DNA of 54,443 nt from Candidatus Parcubacteria bacterium. Its GTDB lineage: Bacteria > Patescibacteriota > Minisyncoccia > Phycocordibacterales > UBA2100. Of this stretch, positions 26,685 to 37,298 are shown in pieces; the stretch's first letter is position 1, and every line of letters starts with the position of its first letter. The DNA lies in NCBI GenBank assembly GCA_003599295.1, contig QZJK01000014.1:1-54443 (forward strand). The letters run 5' to 3'. The notes under the pieces were generated by a model, which made no database searches, had not been told where the DNA came from, and worked only from the letters and a program-made list of their open reading frames with translations. Both the position numbers and the translations under genes were made by a program.

Positions 26685-27521
26685 CTATGCTCTAGGCAAA
26701 TTGCCTCCGGAGAGAAATACCCTCTTCACGTTCTCGATGACTTGTCCGCGCACCTTCTCCTCATCCTCGCCACGAATGCGGGCAATGGCGCGAACGACCT
26801 CGGCAACGTATGAAGGCTCGTTCCGCTTTCCTCGATGAGGCGCCGGCGTCACATAGGGGGCATCCGTTTCGGAGATCAGCATGTCGAGCGGCGCGTTCCG
26901 GACGACTTCGTCATAATCATGCGTAAACGTCAGAACGCCCGTAAATGACAGCGTGAAGCCAAAATCCAGGAACTTCTTCGCCGTTTCCCAGTCGCCTGCA
27001 AAAAAATGTACGTCGCCCTTCACTTTTGCGTGAGCCTTAAGTACTTCGAGTGCGTCTTCGTACGCGTTCCGTATATGAAGCATGAGGGGCTTCCCCAGTT
27101 TGTTCGCAAGCTCGATGTGTTCGACAAACGCTTGTATCTGCACGTCCTTCGTGCTTTCTTCGACCCGATAGTAATCGAGTCCGCACTCTCCTATCGCAAT
27201 GACGCGCGGCGATTCCCCCAATGCTTCATATATGGAGGCGTCGAACACTTCGCCGCGTGATGTGAATTCTTTTCCGCCTTCACCGAGCTCTTTCACATCG
27301 TGATACGATTTTGACGTGTGAATGGGGTGTAATCCTATCGTCGCGTACACGTGTTCGTACTTTTCCGCGAGAGCGAGTGCGTCTGCCGAAGTGTCTTTCT
27401 GTGTGCCGACGACATTCATGCCGACGCCCGCATCTCTCGCGCGAAGAATGACTTCTTCCCTATCTTCCTTGTACGCAACAAAGTTCACGTGGCAGTGCGC
27501 GTCGAAGTATTTCATCTCCAT
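26685..27521 (-). CDS. tatD: TatD family deoxyribonuclease
   Basis: DAHCH, IGLHP, AIGECGLDYY, LHIR, ETDAPY, RNEP. Confidence 0.95.
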   Translation of the reverse strand: MEMKYFDAHCHVNFVAYKEDREEVILRARDAGVGMNVVGTQKDTSADALALAEKYEHVYATIGLHPIHTSKSYHDVKELGEGGKEFTSRGEVFDASIYEALGESPRVIAIGECGLDYYRVEESTKDVQIQAFVEHIELANKLGKPLMLHIRNAYEDALEVLKAHAKVKGDVHFFAGDWETAKKFLDFGFTLSFTGVLTFTHDYDEVVRNAPLDMLISETDAPYVTPAPHRGKRNEPSYVAEVVRAIARIRGEDEEKVRGQVIENVKRVFLSGGNLPRA

Positions 27522-27522
27522 A

Positions 27523-28956
27523 TCAATCCTTGCGCGGGAACAGGTTCTCGGGTTTTTTGTTAGACATAATCGCCTCGATTATCTTTTTGCTCGTCTCCGG
27601 CATGAAGGGTTCGAGAAGGAGATCTATTGCCGCAAGTTCCCGCACTAACTGTGTGATTATCGCTCGCCCCTTTTCCACGTCAGTTTTTACTACCTTGAAC
27701 GGTTCGGTCTGATTTATCTTTTGGTCGAGCGCCTGGACACGCAGCATGATTTGGTTCGTCGCCGCGTTGTAATCATAGGTGGCAAGCGCGTCGGTAAATT
27801 CGCTCGGGTATGGCACAAACTGGACCGCTACGGGACCGGGGAGATTTTTCTCCGAGAGCTGCATGATGCGTCCCGCCAGGTTACCGATACCGTTTGCAAG
27901 ATCGGCGTTGTACGCCTCTTTGAAACGCTCCATAGTGACGTCGGAATCGTCGAACGGATGTACGTGGCGCGCGAGAAAGTAGCGAAGCGCGTCCGCACCA
28001 TATTCGTCTACGATGGCCAATGGGTCGATGACATTGCCGACCGACTTCGACATTTTTTGCCCACCACTCGTGATGAATCCGTGATAAAACACCTTCTTTG
28101 TCGCCGGCAGCCCCGCCGAGAGGAGCATCGCCTGCCACATGATGGATTGAAAGCGCACCTGGTCCTTGCCGGCGAGCTGCAGCGTCTCGCCTTCCTCCCA
28201 GAACTTTTTGAAGTTTCCTTCAGGGTCGTCGGGCCAGCCGAGCGTTGAGATGTAGTTGGTGAGCGCGTCGAACCAGACGTACATGACCTGGTGCGCGTCT
28301 CCCGGCACAGCGACACCCCATGGCATTTTCTCCTTTACGCGAGAGATACTGAAATCCTCAAGCCCTTGTTCGACGAAATGAACGGCTTCAAGCCTCCGCC
28401 ACTCGGGAACGATAACGTCCTCTTGGTTCAGGTACGCAAGTATCTCTTTTTGATACCTGCTCAATTTGAAGAAATAATTCTCTTCCTCGACCTCCACCGG
28501 CTCCATCGAAGGATGGTTCGGGCACTTTCCGTTTACGAGATCGCTTTCCTTGAGGAACGCCTCGTCTCCGACACAGTAGAGGCCTTTATATTTTTTCTTG
28601 TAGATGTCACCCGCTTTTTCGCATCGGCGCCACATCTCTTCTGCCGCCATTTTGTGATGCGGGTCGGTCGTGCGGATAAAGTGGAGTTCGGGAGAAAGGT
28701 CCAGTTTTTCTTTCAATTGGCGGAATTTGGCCGCGTATTCGTCCGTGTAGGCTTGCGGGTCTTTCCCACTTTCTTCTGCCTTCTGGAATATCTTCAATCC
28801 GTGCTCGTCGGTGCCCGTGTTGAAAAACACTTCATCGCCCAGAAGCGCACGGTATCGGGCGATGATGTCCGCCTGCACCATCTCAAGAGCGAAGCCGATA
28901 TGGGGATCGGCGTTCACGTACGGAAGAGTCGTTGTGATGTAGAAAGCCTTCTTCAT
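27523..28956 (-). CDS. metG: Methionine--tRNA ligase (short form, no C-terminal OB domain)
   Basis: YITTTLPYVNADPHIG, YVWFDAL, KMSKS. Confidence 0.97.
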   Translation of the reverse strand: MKKAFYITTTLPYVNADPHIGFALEMVQADIIARYRALLGDEVFFNTGTDEHGLKIFQKAEESGKDPQAYTDEYAAKFRQLKEKLDLSPELHFIRTTDPHHKMAAEEMWRRCEKAGDIYKKKYKGLYCVGDEAFLKESDLVNGKCPNHPSMEPVEVEEENYFFKLSRYQKEILAYLNQEDVIVPEWRRLEAVHFVEQGLEDFSISRVKEKMPWGVAVPGDAHQVMYVWFDALTNYISTLGWPDDPEGNFKKFWEEGETLQLAGKDQVRFQSIMWQAMLLSAGLPATKKVFYHGFITSGGQKMSKSVGNVIDPLAIVDEYGADALRYFLARHVHPFDDSDVTMERFKEAYNADLANGIGNLAGRIMQLSEKNLPGPVAVQFVPYPSEFTDALATYDYNAATNQIMLRVQALDQKINQTEPFKVVKTDVEKGRAIITQLVRELAAIDLLLEPFMPETSKKIIEAIMSNKKPENLFPRKD

Positions 28957-28974
28957 GCGGCAGCGCAGTATACG

Positions 28975-30042
28975 CTATCCCGAACTCTCCCTTTCGGGCA
29001 TCACGCGCCAGCCTCGTATGTCTTTCGCCAATTCCTGAATGGTCGCCGCTATAGGGACAGAAAGGAGAACGCCCAAGAATCCGGCCAGCTGTCCGCCCAC
29101 GATGAGCGCCAGAATGACCAGGAGCGGCGGCACGCCGACGACCCGTGTCACGACCAACGGATAGATGAGATGATTCTCGAATTGCTGAACGATGACGTAG
29201 AGCGCAGTCGTAAGAAGCCCCAGCGTGAATCCGCCGCCGATGAGCGCGATCACGATTGCCGGGATCGCGGCAAGTATCGGACCGAACACGGGGATTATCT
29301 CGAAGAGCGCGGCGATAACGGCAAGAAGAAGCGCGTGCTTGACGCCGAGAATGGTCAAGCCGAGGTACACGAGCGTTCCGACAATGATGGCGAGAAGAAG
29401 CTGGCCTTGCATCCAGAGCCCGATCTTCCGCCGTGAGCGCTCCCACAGATCAAGCACGTACTCCTGATAGCGAAGCGGCGTGACGACCCGAAGAAAATCA
29501 TCCACGCCTGTCCGCAGTACGGCAAAGTAGAACGAGAAGACGACGATGAAGAGGAACGAGAGCACGCCGCCGAACACGTTCGCGATGGCGCTGAAGGCGT
29601 TGCCATAGAGTCCGGCCGCGCCTAAGTATCCGCGCATACCCTCCATCAAGACGTCGGTAGAAATGACGGGCGCTCCCTGCGGCCCAAAGAAGCTCGCGTA
29701 CTCGTCGTACGCTACCCATTGATTGAACGTCTCAAGATAGACAGGAAGCGCCGCGATGAACGCTGCCAAGTCGCTGAAAAGCGACGGAACAAAGAAGAAG
29801 AATATCCCGAAAAAAGTGCCAAAAAGAAGAACATAAACGAAGAGAACCGCGAGAACGCGCGGCACTTTCCTGCGTGCGAACGCCTCGACAGCAGGCTCTA
29901 TCGCTGAAGCGATGACAATGGCCGTCAGAAGAACGAGTACGATATTTTGAAGCGTATAGAGAAGCCACGCTCCCGCGAGAATGAGTACGGTCTTGAATAT
30001 CGTGCCGGCCGTTATCGAAATGCCGAAATCCCGACTTTCCAT
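28975..30042 (-). CDS. AI-2E family transporter
   Basis: WMQGQ, FEIIPVFGPI, VQQFENHLIYPLV, GFLGVLLSVPIA. Start MESRDF is 6 nt after TACGAT. Confidence 0.93.
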   Translation of the reverse strand: MESRDFGISITAGTIFKTVLILAGAWLLYTLQNIVLVLLTAIVIASAIEPAVEAFARRKVPRVLAVLFVYVLLFGTFFGIFFFFVPSLFSDLAAFIAALPVYLETFNQWVAYDEYASFFGPQGAPVISTDVLMEGMRGYLGAAGLYGNAFSAIANVFGGVLSFLFIVVFSFYFAVLRTGVDDFLRVVTPLRYQEYVLDLWERSRRKIGLWMQGQLLLAIIVGTLVYLGLTILGVKHALLLAVIAALFEIIPVFGPILAAIPAIVIALIGGGFTLGLLTTALYVIVQQFENHLIYPLVVTRVVGVPPLLVILALIVGGQLAGFLGVLLSVPIAATIQELAKDIRGWRVMPERESSG

Positions 30043-30077
30043 GGCCTTATCGTAGCATAGTACGCCACGCGCTTCCG

Positions 30078-31367
30078 CTACCGAATGATGCTTGAAAGTT
30101 CCGAGGCGCTGACGCGCATCTGTTCGCCCGTGTCGCGGTTGCGCACCGTGACTGTGCCATCGTCGAGTGTCTGGAAATCCACGGTGATGCACGCAGGCGT
30201 GCCTATCTCATCCTGCCTTCGGTATCGCTTCCCGATGTTGCCGTTATCGTCCCACATGATCTGCGGCACCGTTTTCTTGAGTTCGGCGTATATCTCGCGT
30301 GCCTTCGCGACAAGCTGCGGTTTATTCTTGAGAAGCGGGAAGACCGCGGCTTTTATCGGCGCTACTGCGGCGTTCAGTTTCAAATACGTACGCTTTTCAC
30401 CGCCGAGCTCGTCCTCGGTATATGCGGCAACAAGGAGCGCGAGAACGGTCCTATCAACGCCGAACGAAGGTTCGATGACATGCGGCATGATGGGTTCCTT
30501 GCCTTCTTCGTCGGTAATTCTCAACTCCACTCCTGAAGCCTTCGAATGCGCGGCGAGGTCGAAATCGGTGCGGTACGCGAGGCCATAGAGCTCTTTCCGC
30601 CCGAACGGAAAATCGAACTCGAAATCAATCGTCCGCTTTGAATAGTGCGCGCGCTCATTATCCGGCACTTCAAGTTCGTGGACGAGCGCACGCGGGATGC
30701 CGATTGCCTCATTGAACGCATGCACGTTCTCGCGCCACAGTTCGAACGCGCTATCCCATTCGCTCGGTCGGACGAAATATTCTATTTCCATCTGCTCGAA
30801 TTCGCGCGCGCGGAAGAGGAAATCGCGCGGCGCTATCTCGTTCCTGAATGCCTTGCCTATCTGCCCGACGCCAAAGGGCAATTTCGGATGGAATGAGTCG
30901 ATAATGTTCTTGAAATTCACGAAGATGCCGCCCGCCGTCTCCGGACGAAGATACGAAACGGACGCCTCGTCCTCTGCGGCGCCGACGTGCGTCTTGAACA
31001 TCATGTTGAATTGTCGAACCGCACCGAACGCGCCCCCGCATTCCGGACATTTCTCTCCCACTTGGTCCGCGCGGAAGCGACGTTTGCATTTCTTACACTC
31101 GACGAGCGGGTCAGAAAATCCGGTGACGTGCCCACTCGCTTCCCACGCTTTTGGATTCATCAAGATCGCGGCATCGACGCCGTACATGTCTTCGCGCTCT
31201 TCTACGAACATCCGCCACCAAATGTTCTTCACGTTATTCTTGAGGGCGACGCCGAGGGGGCCATAATCCCATGTGCCTGAAAGTCCCCCGTATATATCGG
31301 AGCCGGGATATAGAAAACCGCGCCGCTTCGAGAGGGATACGAGTTTCTCCATTGTTGCTTCTTCCAT
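30078..31367 (-). CDS. glyQS: Glycine--tRNA ligase, homodimeric type
   Basis: KRRGF..P.S.IYGG, YLRPETA, GKAFRNEI, IEPSFGVDR, IGKRYRRQDEIGTP. Confidence 0.97.
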   Translation of the reverse strand: MEEATMEKLVSLSKRRGFLYPGSDIYGGLSGTWDYGPLGVALKNNVKNIWWRMFVEEREDMYGVDAAILMNPKAWEASGHVTGFSDPLVECKKCKRRFRADQVGEKCPECGGAFGAVRQFNMMFKTHVGAAEDEASVSYLRPETAGGIFVNFKNIIDSFHPKLPFGVGQIGKAFRNEIAPRDFLFRAREFEQMEIEYFVRPSEWDSAFELWRENVHAFNEAIGIPRALVHELEVPDNERAHYSKRTIDFEFDFPFGRKELYGLAYRTDFDLAAHSKASGVELRITDEEGKEPIMPHVIEPSFGVDRTVLALLVAAYTEDELGGEKRTYLKLNAAVAPIKAAVFPLLKNKPQLVAKAREIYAELKKTVPQIMWDDNGNIGKRYRRQDEIGTPACITVDFQTLDDGTVTVRNRDTGEQMRVSASELSSIIR

Positions 31368-31409
31368 AGATACGGTATCTCTACCCTAGAGATGCGAGAA
31401 AGGCAATCC

Positions 31410-33407
31410 CTATTTAATGACAGTTGCTTGCGTCGAATTAAATCCGGGGTCGCCGACGATGTTCGTTGTGACGTTCTGTGCCGTGCGAGAGACCAGAGCT
31501 CCTGCCGCATCAGTGCCTGTGAGCGTGATACCGAGAAGAAGCGGCGGCTCCTGCCCAATTTGGCTCGTTGAGGGCGTGAAGCCTATGGCTATCGCAGCTT
31601 GCCGCGGCGGAGTGCCGCCTAAGCCCACCCCCGCCTCGATCTTCCCAACGTCCCAGGTGACCGTGCCGTCGTTCTGATTGAACGTGACGTCCTCGCTTCC
31701 GGGGCTGAAAATCCCGGTCCAGCGCACGTATGGCGGAAGGGTCGCGGTCAATTTTGCATTCGATATCTCGTTCGTGGTATTGGTGAGCGTAAAGACGACA
31801 GCATATGTCGTCTCCGTGCCCGCTTTCGGGGGCAGCGGGCCGACGCTTCCGAACGGATTGGCATAATACAGACCCTGCGCTGAAAGCGTTAAGGCGCTTG
31901 CGACTGCGATGCGCTGTACCGCGGTCGCCTGCAAGTTTTCCGGCACGCCTTCTTCCGAAACGCGCTTCCCTGCTGCGTTGACCGTGATGGTGAGCGAGGG
32001 ATTCCGCACCGCTTCCAGTTCAGCCGCGCTTGGCATTTGGAACGAGAATGTCACCGTTCCTCTCGCGCCTGCGATTATCTGCTCAAAATCCCCACCCGTC
32101 GTTGTTCTGTCCCAGATGAACGCACCGTCGGTAGAACGGAAGAACCCCTCCGGGGATTTCACTTTCGCGCCGTCTATCTGTATTCCGGAGAGACGCGCGA
32201 CGATGATCGCGTCTGCTATTGCCGTTGATAGATTGTTCTGCCAGCTTATGGATACGTTTACGTTCTCTCCGGGTCCGGCGATGACGCCCGTACCGGTTCG
32301 CCCGTTCACCGAGACAGCGAGCCCGAAGAAAGGCTCCGCCACGTTCATCGTGAACGGACTTTCGACTAGCGATGTGGTGATGCTTCTCTCTTCCGGCGAA
32401 TTTCTGGTCCCCGCGGTGAAGCGGAACACCCGCTCGTCCCCGCTTTCTCCGGTCAACGTCCCTCGGATGACGATTTGCTTGCGCTGTCCGGGGCCGAGGT
32501 CACCGAGTTCCCAAAGATTGCCGGAAACGGGCGCCGGCGACGCGCTCGAAAAGGTGAAGCCGAACGGAAAACCGACCGAGAGCAGGGCGTCTTTGACAGG
32601 CACGCTCACATTCGACGCGACCGTCACCGTGAATTCGATCGGCTGGCCGGATACCGTTTCCGTGTTTCCTTCGACCGCGATAGAAAGCGACGACGCGCTG
32701 AACGAGGCACTGTATTTCGATGACGCGATGAAGATGGCGCTCGAGCCTTCGAGCCTGTATTCCAAATCGACTAACACATCTAAGGGATCACCGTCCTCTC
32801 CCGAAAATATGACCGGGACAGTTCCTTGGCGCCGCTCTCCGGGCTCTATTGTCCCAAGGCACACGCGCTGTCGCGCGAATTCATAACTGCTGTCTTCAGA
32901 ACCCTCCGCCCTTGAGCACGGCTCAATTTGACCCTCAGGCAGACTTCCCGGAGAACGGGTGCCGGGCGGATAGGTAATGACAAGGTCTGCAAGTTGGAGC
33001 GCTACGGGATTTCTGTTCGTTACCATTATTTGAAGTCGTGTTTGTTCTCCGCTGGCGATTTGTGCGGGGCCGGTAATGACAATGTCTATATTGCGCGAAG
33101 AGGCCGGCATTGCTCCGCTCCCAAGCGTGAAGTAGTAGCCGAAAAATCCCGCAGCTCCCAGAAAGAATACGACGGCGACTCCGAGTATGACGCGAAGCGC
33201 CATGCGCATCGTGCCTATCGTGCGAGGCGCCACAATGGTCGCAGGTGCGCCTTCTTCTTTGTGCTGCCAATCTTCGCCGACTATCGGCCGGATGTCTTCA
33301 AGCCTGTGCCGAGGTCTATCTTTTAATTTTCCTGAAAGGTCGCGTGAATACATCGCGCGGCGAAGACGCTCTATTTTCTCGTGCTCATGGTCGGCGGAAG
33401 GGTCCAT
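31410..33407 (-). CDS. Membrane-anchored Ig-like/DUF11-like surface protein
   Basis: Single TM near the N-terminus; repeated beta-sandwich modules (WELGDL.PG, GPLPP..G..TTY). Start MDPSAD is 7 nt after TATACT. Confidence 0.75.
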   Translation of the reverse strand: MDPSADHEHEKIERLRRAMYSRDLSGKLKDRPRHRLEDIRPIVGEDWQHKEEGAPATIVAPRTIGTMRMALRVILGVAVVFFLGAAGFFGYYFTLGSGAMPASSRNIDIVITGPAQIASGEQTRLQIMVTNRNPVALQLADLVITYPPGTRSPGSLPEGQIEPCSRAEGSEDSSYEFARQRVCLGTIEPGERRQGTVPVIFSGEDGDPLDVLVDLEYRLEGSSAIFIASSKYSASFSASSLSIAVEGNTETVSGQPIEFTVTVASNVSVPVKDALLSVGFPFGFTFSSASPAPVSGNLWELGDLGPGQRKQIVIRGTLTGESGDERVFRFTAGTRNSPEERSITTSLVESPFTMNVAEPFFGLAVSVNGRTGTGVIAGPGENVNVSISWQNNLSTAIADAIIVARLSGIQIDGAKVKSPEGFFRSTDGAFIWDRTTTGGDFEQIIAGARGTVTFSFQMPSAAELEAVRNPSLTITVNAAGKRVSEEGVPENLQATAVQRIAVASALTLSAQGLYYANPFGSVGPLPPKAGTETTYAVVFTLTNTTNEISNAKLTATLPPYVRWTGIFSPGSEDVTFNQNDGTVTWDVGKIEAGVGLGGTPPRQAAIAIGFTPSTSQIGQEPPLLLGITLTGTDAAGALVSRTAQNVTTNIVGDPGFNSTQATVIK

Positions 33408-33451
33408 TCCGACCAGTATACCGCGCAAACAGGGCTTCCGGACTTGTTATT

Positions 33452-34024
33452 TCACAGCTGGGATTCGGCAATAGCCCGATTGATGGACGAGAGCAGTTTG
33501 TCGCGTTTTGTCTCGGCTTCAAGCAAATGCTCGCCGGTGTATGCCGTGTGCGTAAAGAGCGCGGTTTGGAGCGCCTCCGTCGAAAGATAGCCGAGCGCAT
33601 AGAGGACGCGCGCGACGCACACTATCTCGATGGTCGCGCGCGCAGGACATTCATCTTGCATGAGCGCTTCGTGCGCCTCGGCAAGCGCCGCGAACAGGTA
33701 CGCGTTCTCTTCCTCGCCGCCGAGAAGCCGCGTGGCCAGTTCTGCGATGCGGGCAAAGACGGCGGTATTCTCCGCATTTTTCGAAACTCCGCGAAGGGCG
33801 GAGGCGCCTGCGATGCGCCAGCCGCGTTTTCCGCGCACGAGAGACACGTTCGCGCATGAATAATTCTGGAGCGCGTAGCGCATGCGCGAATGCTCGGAGC
33901 GGACCGCCGACGCGCGTGCACGTACGAGCCCGAAATCTCTCGTGTAGAGCGTATAGACACGGTCGGCCTCTCCCCGCTCGCGGCTCCCCAAAACTAGTGC
34001 GTCTGTTGAATACTTTTGATACAT
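33452..34024 (-). CDS. recO: DNA repair protein RecO (short form)
   Basis: T.ALVL.....GEADR...LYTRDFG.V.A.A..VR...S.MR..LQ OB-fold; C-terminal ALGY. Confidence 0.9.
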   Translation of the reverse strand: MYQKYSTDALVLGSRERGEADRVYTLYTRDFGLVRARASAVRSEHSRMRYALQNYSCANVSLVRGKRGWRIAGASALRGVSKNAENTAVFARIAELATRLLGGEEENAYLFAALAEAHEALMQDECPARATIEIVCVARVLYALGYLSTEALQTALFTHTAYTGEHLLEAETKRDKLLSSINRAIAESQL

Positions 34025-34031
34025 CGTATTG

Positions 34032-34340
34032 TTATGCTCGCACGAATACCCACGCTAATACCCCACTCTCGAGGACCAGTCGCTTGCGTTTGTATGCGCG
34101 AGTCTCGTATCGATCGATTTTCTTTAATTCACGTTTCGCCACTTCGAGAACCGACCCTTGTATCCGTCCGGAGCGGCTCCGCACAGCAACGGGATAGGGG
34201 ATACTTTTGATAGTGAGTATCGATCGTCTGTACCTTCGCAACATATCCGGAACGCCTCGTGTGGTTCTGCCAAACACAGTCTTCTGTACAGAAGGGCGTC
34301 GTAATGTACCGTACACGAAGAGCCGCTCGGTGTGTTCCAT
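34032..34340 (-). CDS. Gamma-glutamylcyclotransferase (AIG2-like) family protein
   Basis: LFVYGTLR, D.YE...Y.R, AWVFV. Confidence 0.9.
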   Translation of the reverse strand: MEHTERLFVYGTLRRPSVQKTVFGRTTRGVPDMLRRYRRSILTIKSIPYPVAVRSRSGRIQGSVLEVAKRELKKIDRYETRAYKRKRLVLESGVLAWVFVRA

Positions 34341-34343
34341 GCG

Positions 34344-37286
34344 TTAATCTACTTTCTCGACTATTACCCCTTCCCCGGATTTCTTTAGTAACTCTACCGC
34401 GTTTGTCGCATCAAGTATTTCAGTCTTGTGCTCAAGGAGAACCGCCTCGTCTGCGACCTCTCCGTAATGGATCCGCACCTTGTCGCGCGGTGTTAGTTTC
34501 GCTTCCTTACGCGCTTCCTGAACACTTCTGATGAAATCTCGAACCATTCCCTCTTCTTTCAGTTCGGTTGTTATCTCCGTATCAAGCACGCTGTCGTTTC
34601 CTAATACAACCTCTTTGACGTTAACTTCATCTGCGATAAGCGGGGCGATGTCCTTCCAAAAGAACGGCTCTGATCCAGAGAGTTTGATGGTGAGTTTTGT
34701 AAGCGGCTGGCGCACTTTGATGCCGGCTTCGGAGCGCTGCATCAGCGCATTCGTGACAACACCTCTTGCAAATGACATCGTGGAGAGCAGTTCTTCGCCT
34801 TCTTTTCCTTGCCCTAATAGTCTCTGCAAAAAGTTAGCTGTCGCGCGCGCTTCGGGCCAAGCGGCGAGGTGAACGCTTTCCTCATCCTCACTTTCACGAA
34901 CCGCCTGAAAGATGTGCTCAGCGAAAAATGGTGTTATTGGTGCCATGACGCGCGAGAGGTCGTGAAGCACATAACGTAGAGTCGCAAGCGCCGCTTTTTT
35001 ATCTTCTCCTTTCGCCTTGAAGCGGTCCCGTGAACGGCGTACATACCACACCGAAAGGTCGTCGATGAATCCCGTTATGGGGCGCGAAGCCGCATCAAGT
35101 TGATACGAATTGAATCCTTTAGTGACCTCGCGAATGAGTTCGTCGAGGCGGAGCAATATCCATCGGTCGAGGATATTTCCGCTTTTCCAATCGCGCGCTG
35201 TTCCATCCGCGTAGAGCTGATAGAACGCAAGCACGTTCCCGAGGCGCCCGATGTTCTTTTTCACAATCTCGTCGACGCCTTTCTCTGAAAAACTGAGGTT
35301 TTCAGCCGCGACAACGGGCGATGCGAGCAGGTAAAAACGGAGTGCGTCGGCCCCGTATTTTTCCACGACCTCCATCGGGTCGGGGTAATTCTTGAGCTTC
35401 TTCGACATTTTCTTCCCGTCTTCCGCGAGAACGATGCCGTTCACGATGACATTTTGAAATGCGTTCCTGCCGAAGATGGAAACGGCGAGGATGTGCATGT
35501 AGTAGAACCATGCCCGTGTTTGGTCCAAACCTTCCGCGATGAATTGCGCCGGGAATACGTTCTCGAATTTTTCTTTGTTCTCGAATGGATAGTGCCGCTC
35601 GCCGTATGGCATTGAGCCGGAGTCGAACCAGGTATCCAAGACGTCGGGTATGCGGTGCATTTCGCCGTCACATTGCCAACACGAAAACACGATATCGTCG
35701 ACGATATGTTTGTGCAGGTCATCTACCTTTTTCCCGCTCGCCTCTTCAAGCTCACGTGCAGAGCCGAACACGCGCGCGGTTTTGCACTTCTGACAGCGCC
35801 AGAGCGGAATGACCGACGCCCAGAAGCGTTGGCGGCTGATAGACCAATCGCGCGCGCCTTCAAGCCATTTTCCCCACCGTCCTTCCTTTATGTGTTCGGG
35901 CGACCAGTTGATGGGGCGCGCATTTCTGATGATTTCGTCTTTCTGTGCTTCTATTTTTACGAACCATGATGACGTCGCGTAATTGAGGAGCGGCGTGTCG
36001 CACCGCCAGCAGTGCGGGTACGAGTGCGTGATGCTCTCTTTTGAGAAAAGGAGGTTGTGTTCCTGCAGATATTTGAGAACGGCGATGTCGGTGCCGAGAC
36101 GCACTTTGTCGTCGTCGGAACGCGGTTTTACTTCCATGCCTGCAAAATCTTTTACTTCCGGCCTCATCGTGCCGTCGCCGTTCACGTGCTGAACGAACGG
36201 CAGATTCACTTTTTTCAAGAGCTCCCAGTCGTCCGCACCGAACGCTGGAGCTTCATGTGCAATGCCGGTGCCCGTGTCGGTCGTCACGAAATCCGCCGCG
36301 TACACTTTCCATCCGTTCTCGCGGTTCTTGAGATTCTTGTCGTTGATGTAGTAATCGAAAAGCGGTTCGTATTCGAGACCAACAAGCTTACTGCCCAATA
36401 TTTCTTGTTCACCTTCAAATTCCGCTTCTCGCATTACATCCTTTAATCGATTCGTAGCAAGAATGTATCGTCCGTTAATAGCGGAAGTAATGTCTTCTCC
36501 TTCTCTAAACTTTTGTACTAACGAGCGCTTCACTGTCACATATTTAATATCTTTGCCTACGGCTAACGCAACATTCCCCGGCAAAGTCCATGGGGTTGTT
36601 GTCCACGCCAATAGATAGACGTCGCCCGAAAGCCCTATCTTTTCAGGATTCTTTACTTTGAATTTCACCGTGACCGCGATGTCTTTTACGTCCTTGTACC
36701 CCTCGGAAACCTCCTGTTGTGAGAGCGTTGTCTCGCAGCGCGGACAAATGTGCATCGAGCGGTAATCCTCGTAAACCAATCCTTTGTCGTAGAGCTGTTT
36801 GAACACCCACCACACGCTTTCCATGAACGGCTTATCCATCGTGCGATAGGCATTTTTCATGTCGGCCCAGCGGCCGATGCGCGGGATTATTTTCTCCCAC
36901 TCTGATGCATAGGTGAGCACGCGCTCGCGGCAGCGCTCGTTAAATGCGGCAACGCCCATCTCTAAAATGTCTTTTTTGTGTTTGAAACCGAGCTCTTTCT
37001 CGACGATGTTCTCTATCGGAAGCCCGTGGCAATCCCAACCCCAACGTCTGGGCACATGGTATCCACGCATCGTGAAATAGCGCGGCACAACATCCTTTAT
37101 GACCGAGGCGACGATGTGGCCGTAGTGCGGAAGCCCTGTCGCAAACGGCGGGCCGTCGTAAAAAACATAGTCGCCATTCGGAGCCTCTTTTTCGAGGGTT
37201 TTTTCGAAAATCTTGCGTTCATTCCAGAACGCGAGTATTTCCTCCTCTCGTTTCGCAACCTCGCTTTTCCCTATCTCTGCACTCAT
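34344..37286 (-). CDS. ileS: Isoleucine--tRNA ligase, type 2 (IleRS2)
   Basis: FYDGPPFATGLPHYGH, GWDCHGLP, WTTTPWTLP, WSISRQRFW, KMSK, KVRQPL. Confidence 0.97.
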   Translation of the reverse strand: MSAEIGKSEVAKREEEILAFWNERKIFEKTLEKEAPNGDYVFYDGPPFATGLPHYGHIVASVIKDVVPRYFTMRGYHVPRRWGWDCHGLPIENIVEKELGFKHKKDILEMGVAAFNERCRERVLTYASEWEKIIPRIGRWADMKNAYRTMDKPFMESVWWVFKQLYDKGLVYEDYRSMHICPRCETTLSQQEVSEGYKDVKDIAVTVKFKVKNPEKIGLSGDVYLLAWTTTPWTLPGNVALAVGKDIKYVTVKRSLVQKFREGEDITSAINGRYILATNRLKDVMREAEFEGEQEILGSKLVGLEYEPLFDYYINDKNLKNRENGWKVYAADFVTTDTGTGIAHEAPAFGADDWELLKKVNLPFVQHVNGDGTMRPEVKDFAGMEVKPRSDDDKVRLGTDIAVLKYLQEHNLLFSKESITHSYPHCWRCDTPLLNYATSSWFVKIEAQKDEIIRNARPINWSPEHIKEGRWGKWLEGARDWSISRQRFWASVIPLWRCQKCKTARVFGSARELEEASGKKVDDLHKHIVDDIVFSCWQCDGEMHRIPDVLDTWFDSGSMPYGERHYPFENKEKFENVFPAQFIAEGLDQTRAWFYYMHILAVSIFGRNAFQNVIVNGIVLAEDGKKMSKKLKNYPDPMEVVEKYGADALRFYLLASPVVAAENLSFSEKGVDEIVKKNIGRLGNVLAFYQLYADGTARDWKSGNILDRWILLRLDELIREVTKGFNSYQLDAASRPITGFIDDLSVWYVRRSRDRFKAKGEDKKAALATLRYVLHDLSRVMAPITPFFAEHIFQAVRESEDEESVHLAAWPEARATANFLQRLLGQGKEGEELLSTMSFARGVVTNALMQRSEAGIKVRQPLTKLTIKLSGSEPFFWKDIAPLIADEVNVKEVVLGNDSVLDTEITTELKEEGMVRDFIRSVQEARKEAKLTPRDKVRIHYGEVADEAVLLEHKTEILDATNAVELLKKSGEGVIVEKVD

Positions 37287-37298
37287 GGGAGAACAATA

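Noticed and set aside
28291-29436. 381-aa plus-strand ORF (also 31909-32886, 1573-2283, 21521-22264, 38262-38951)
   Set aside because: All are antisense to well-supported genes and have no recognisable domains.
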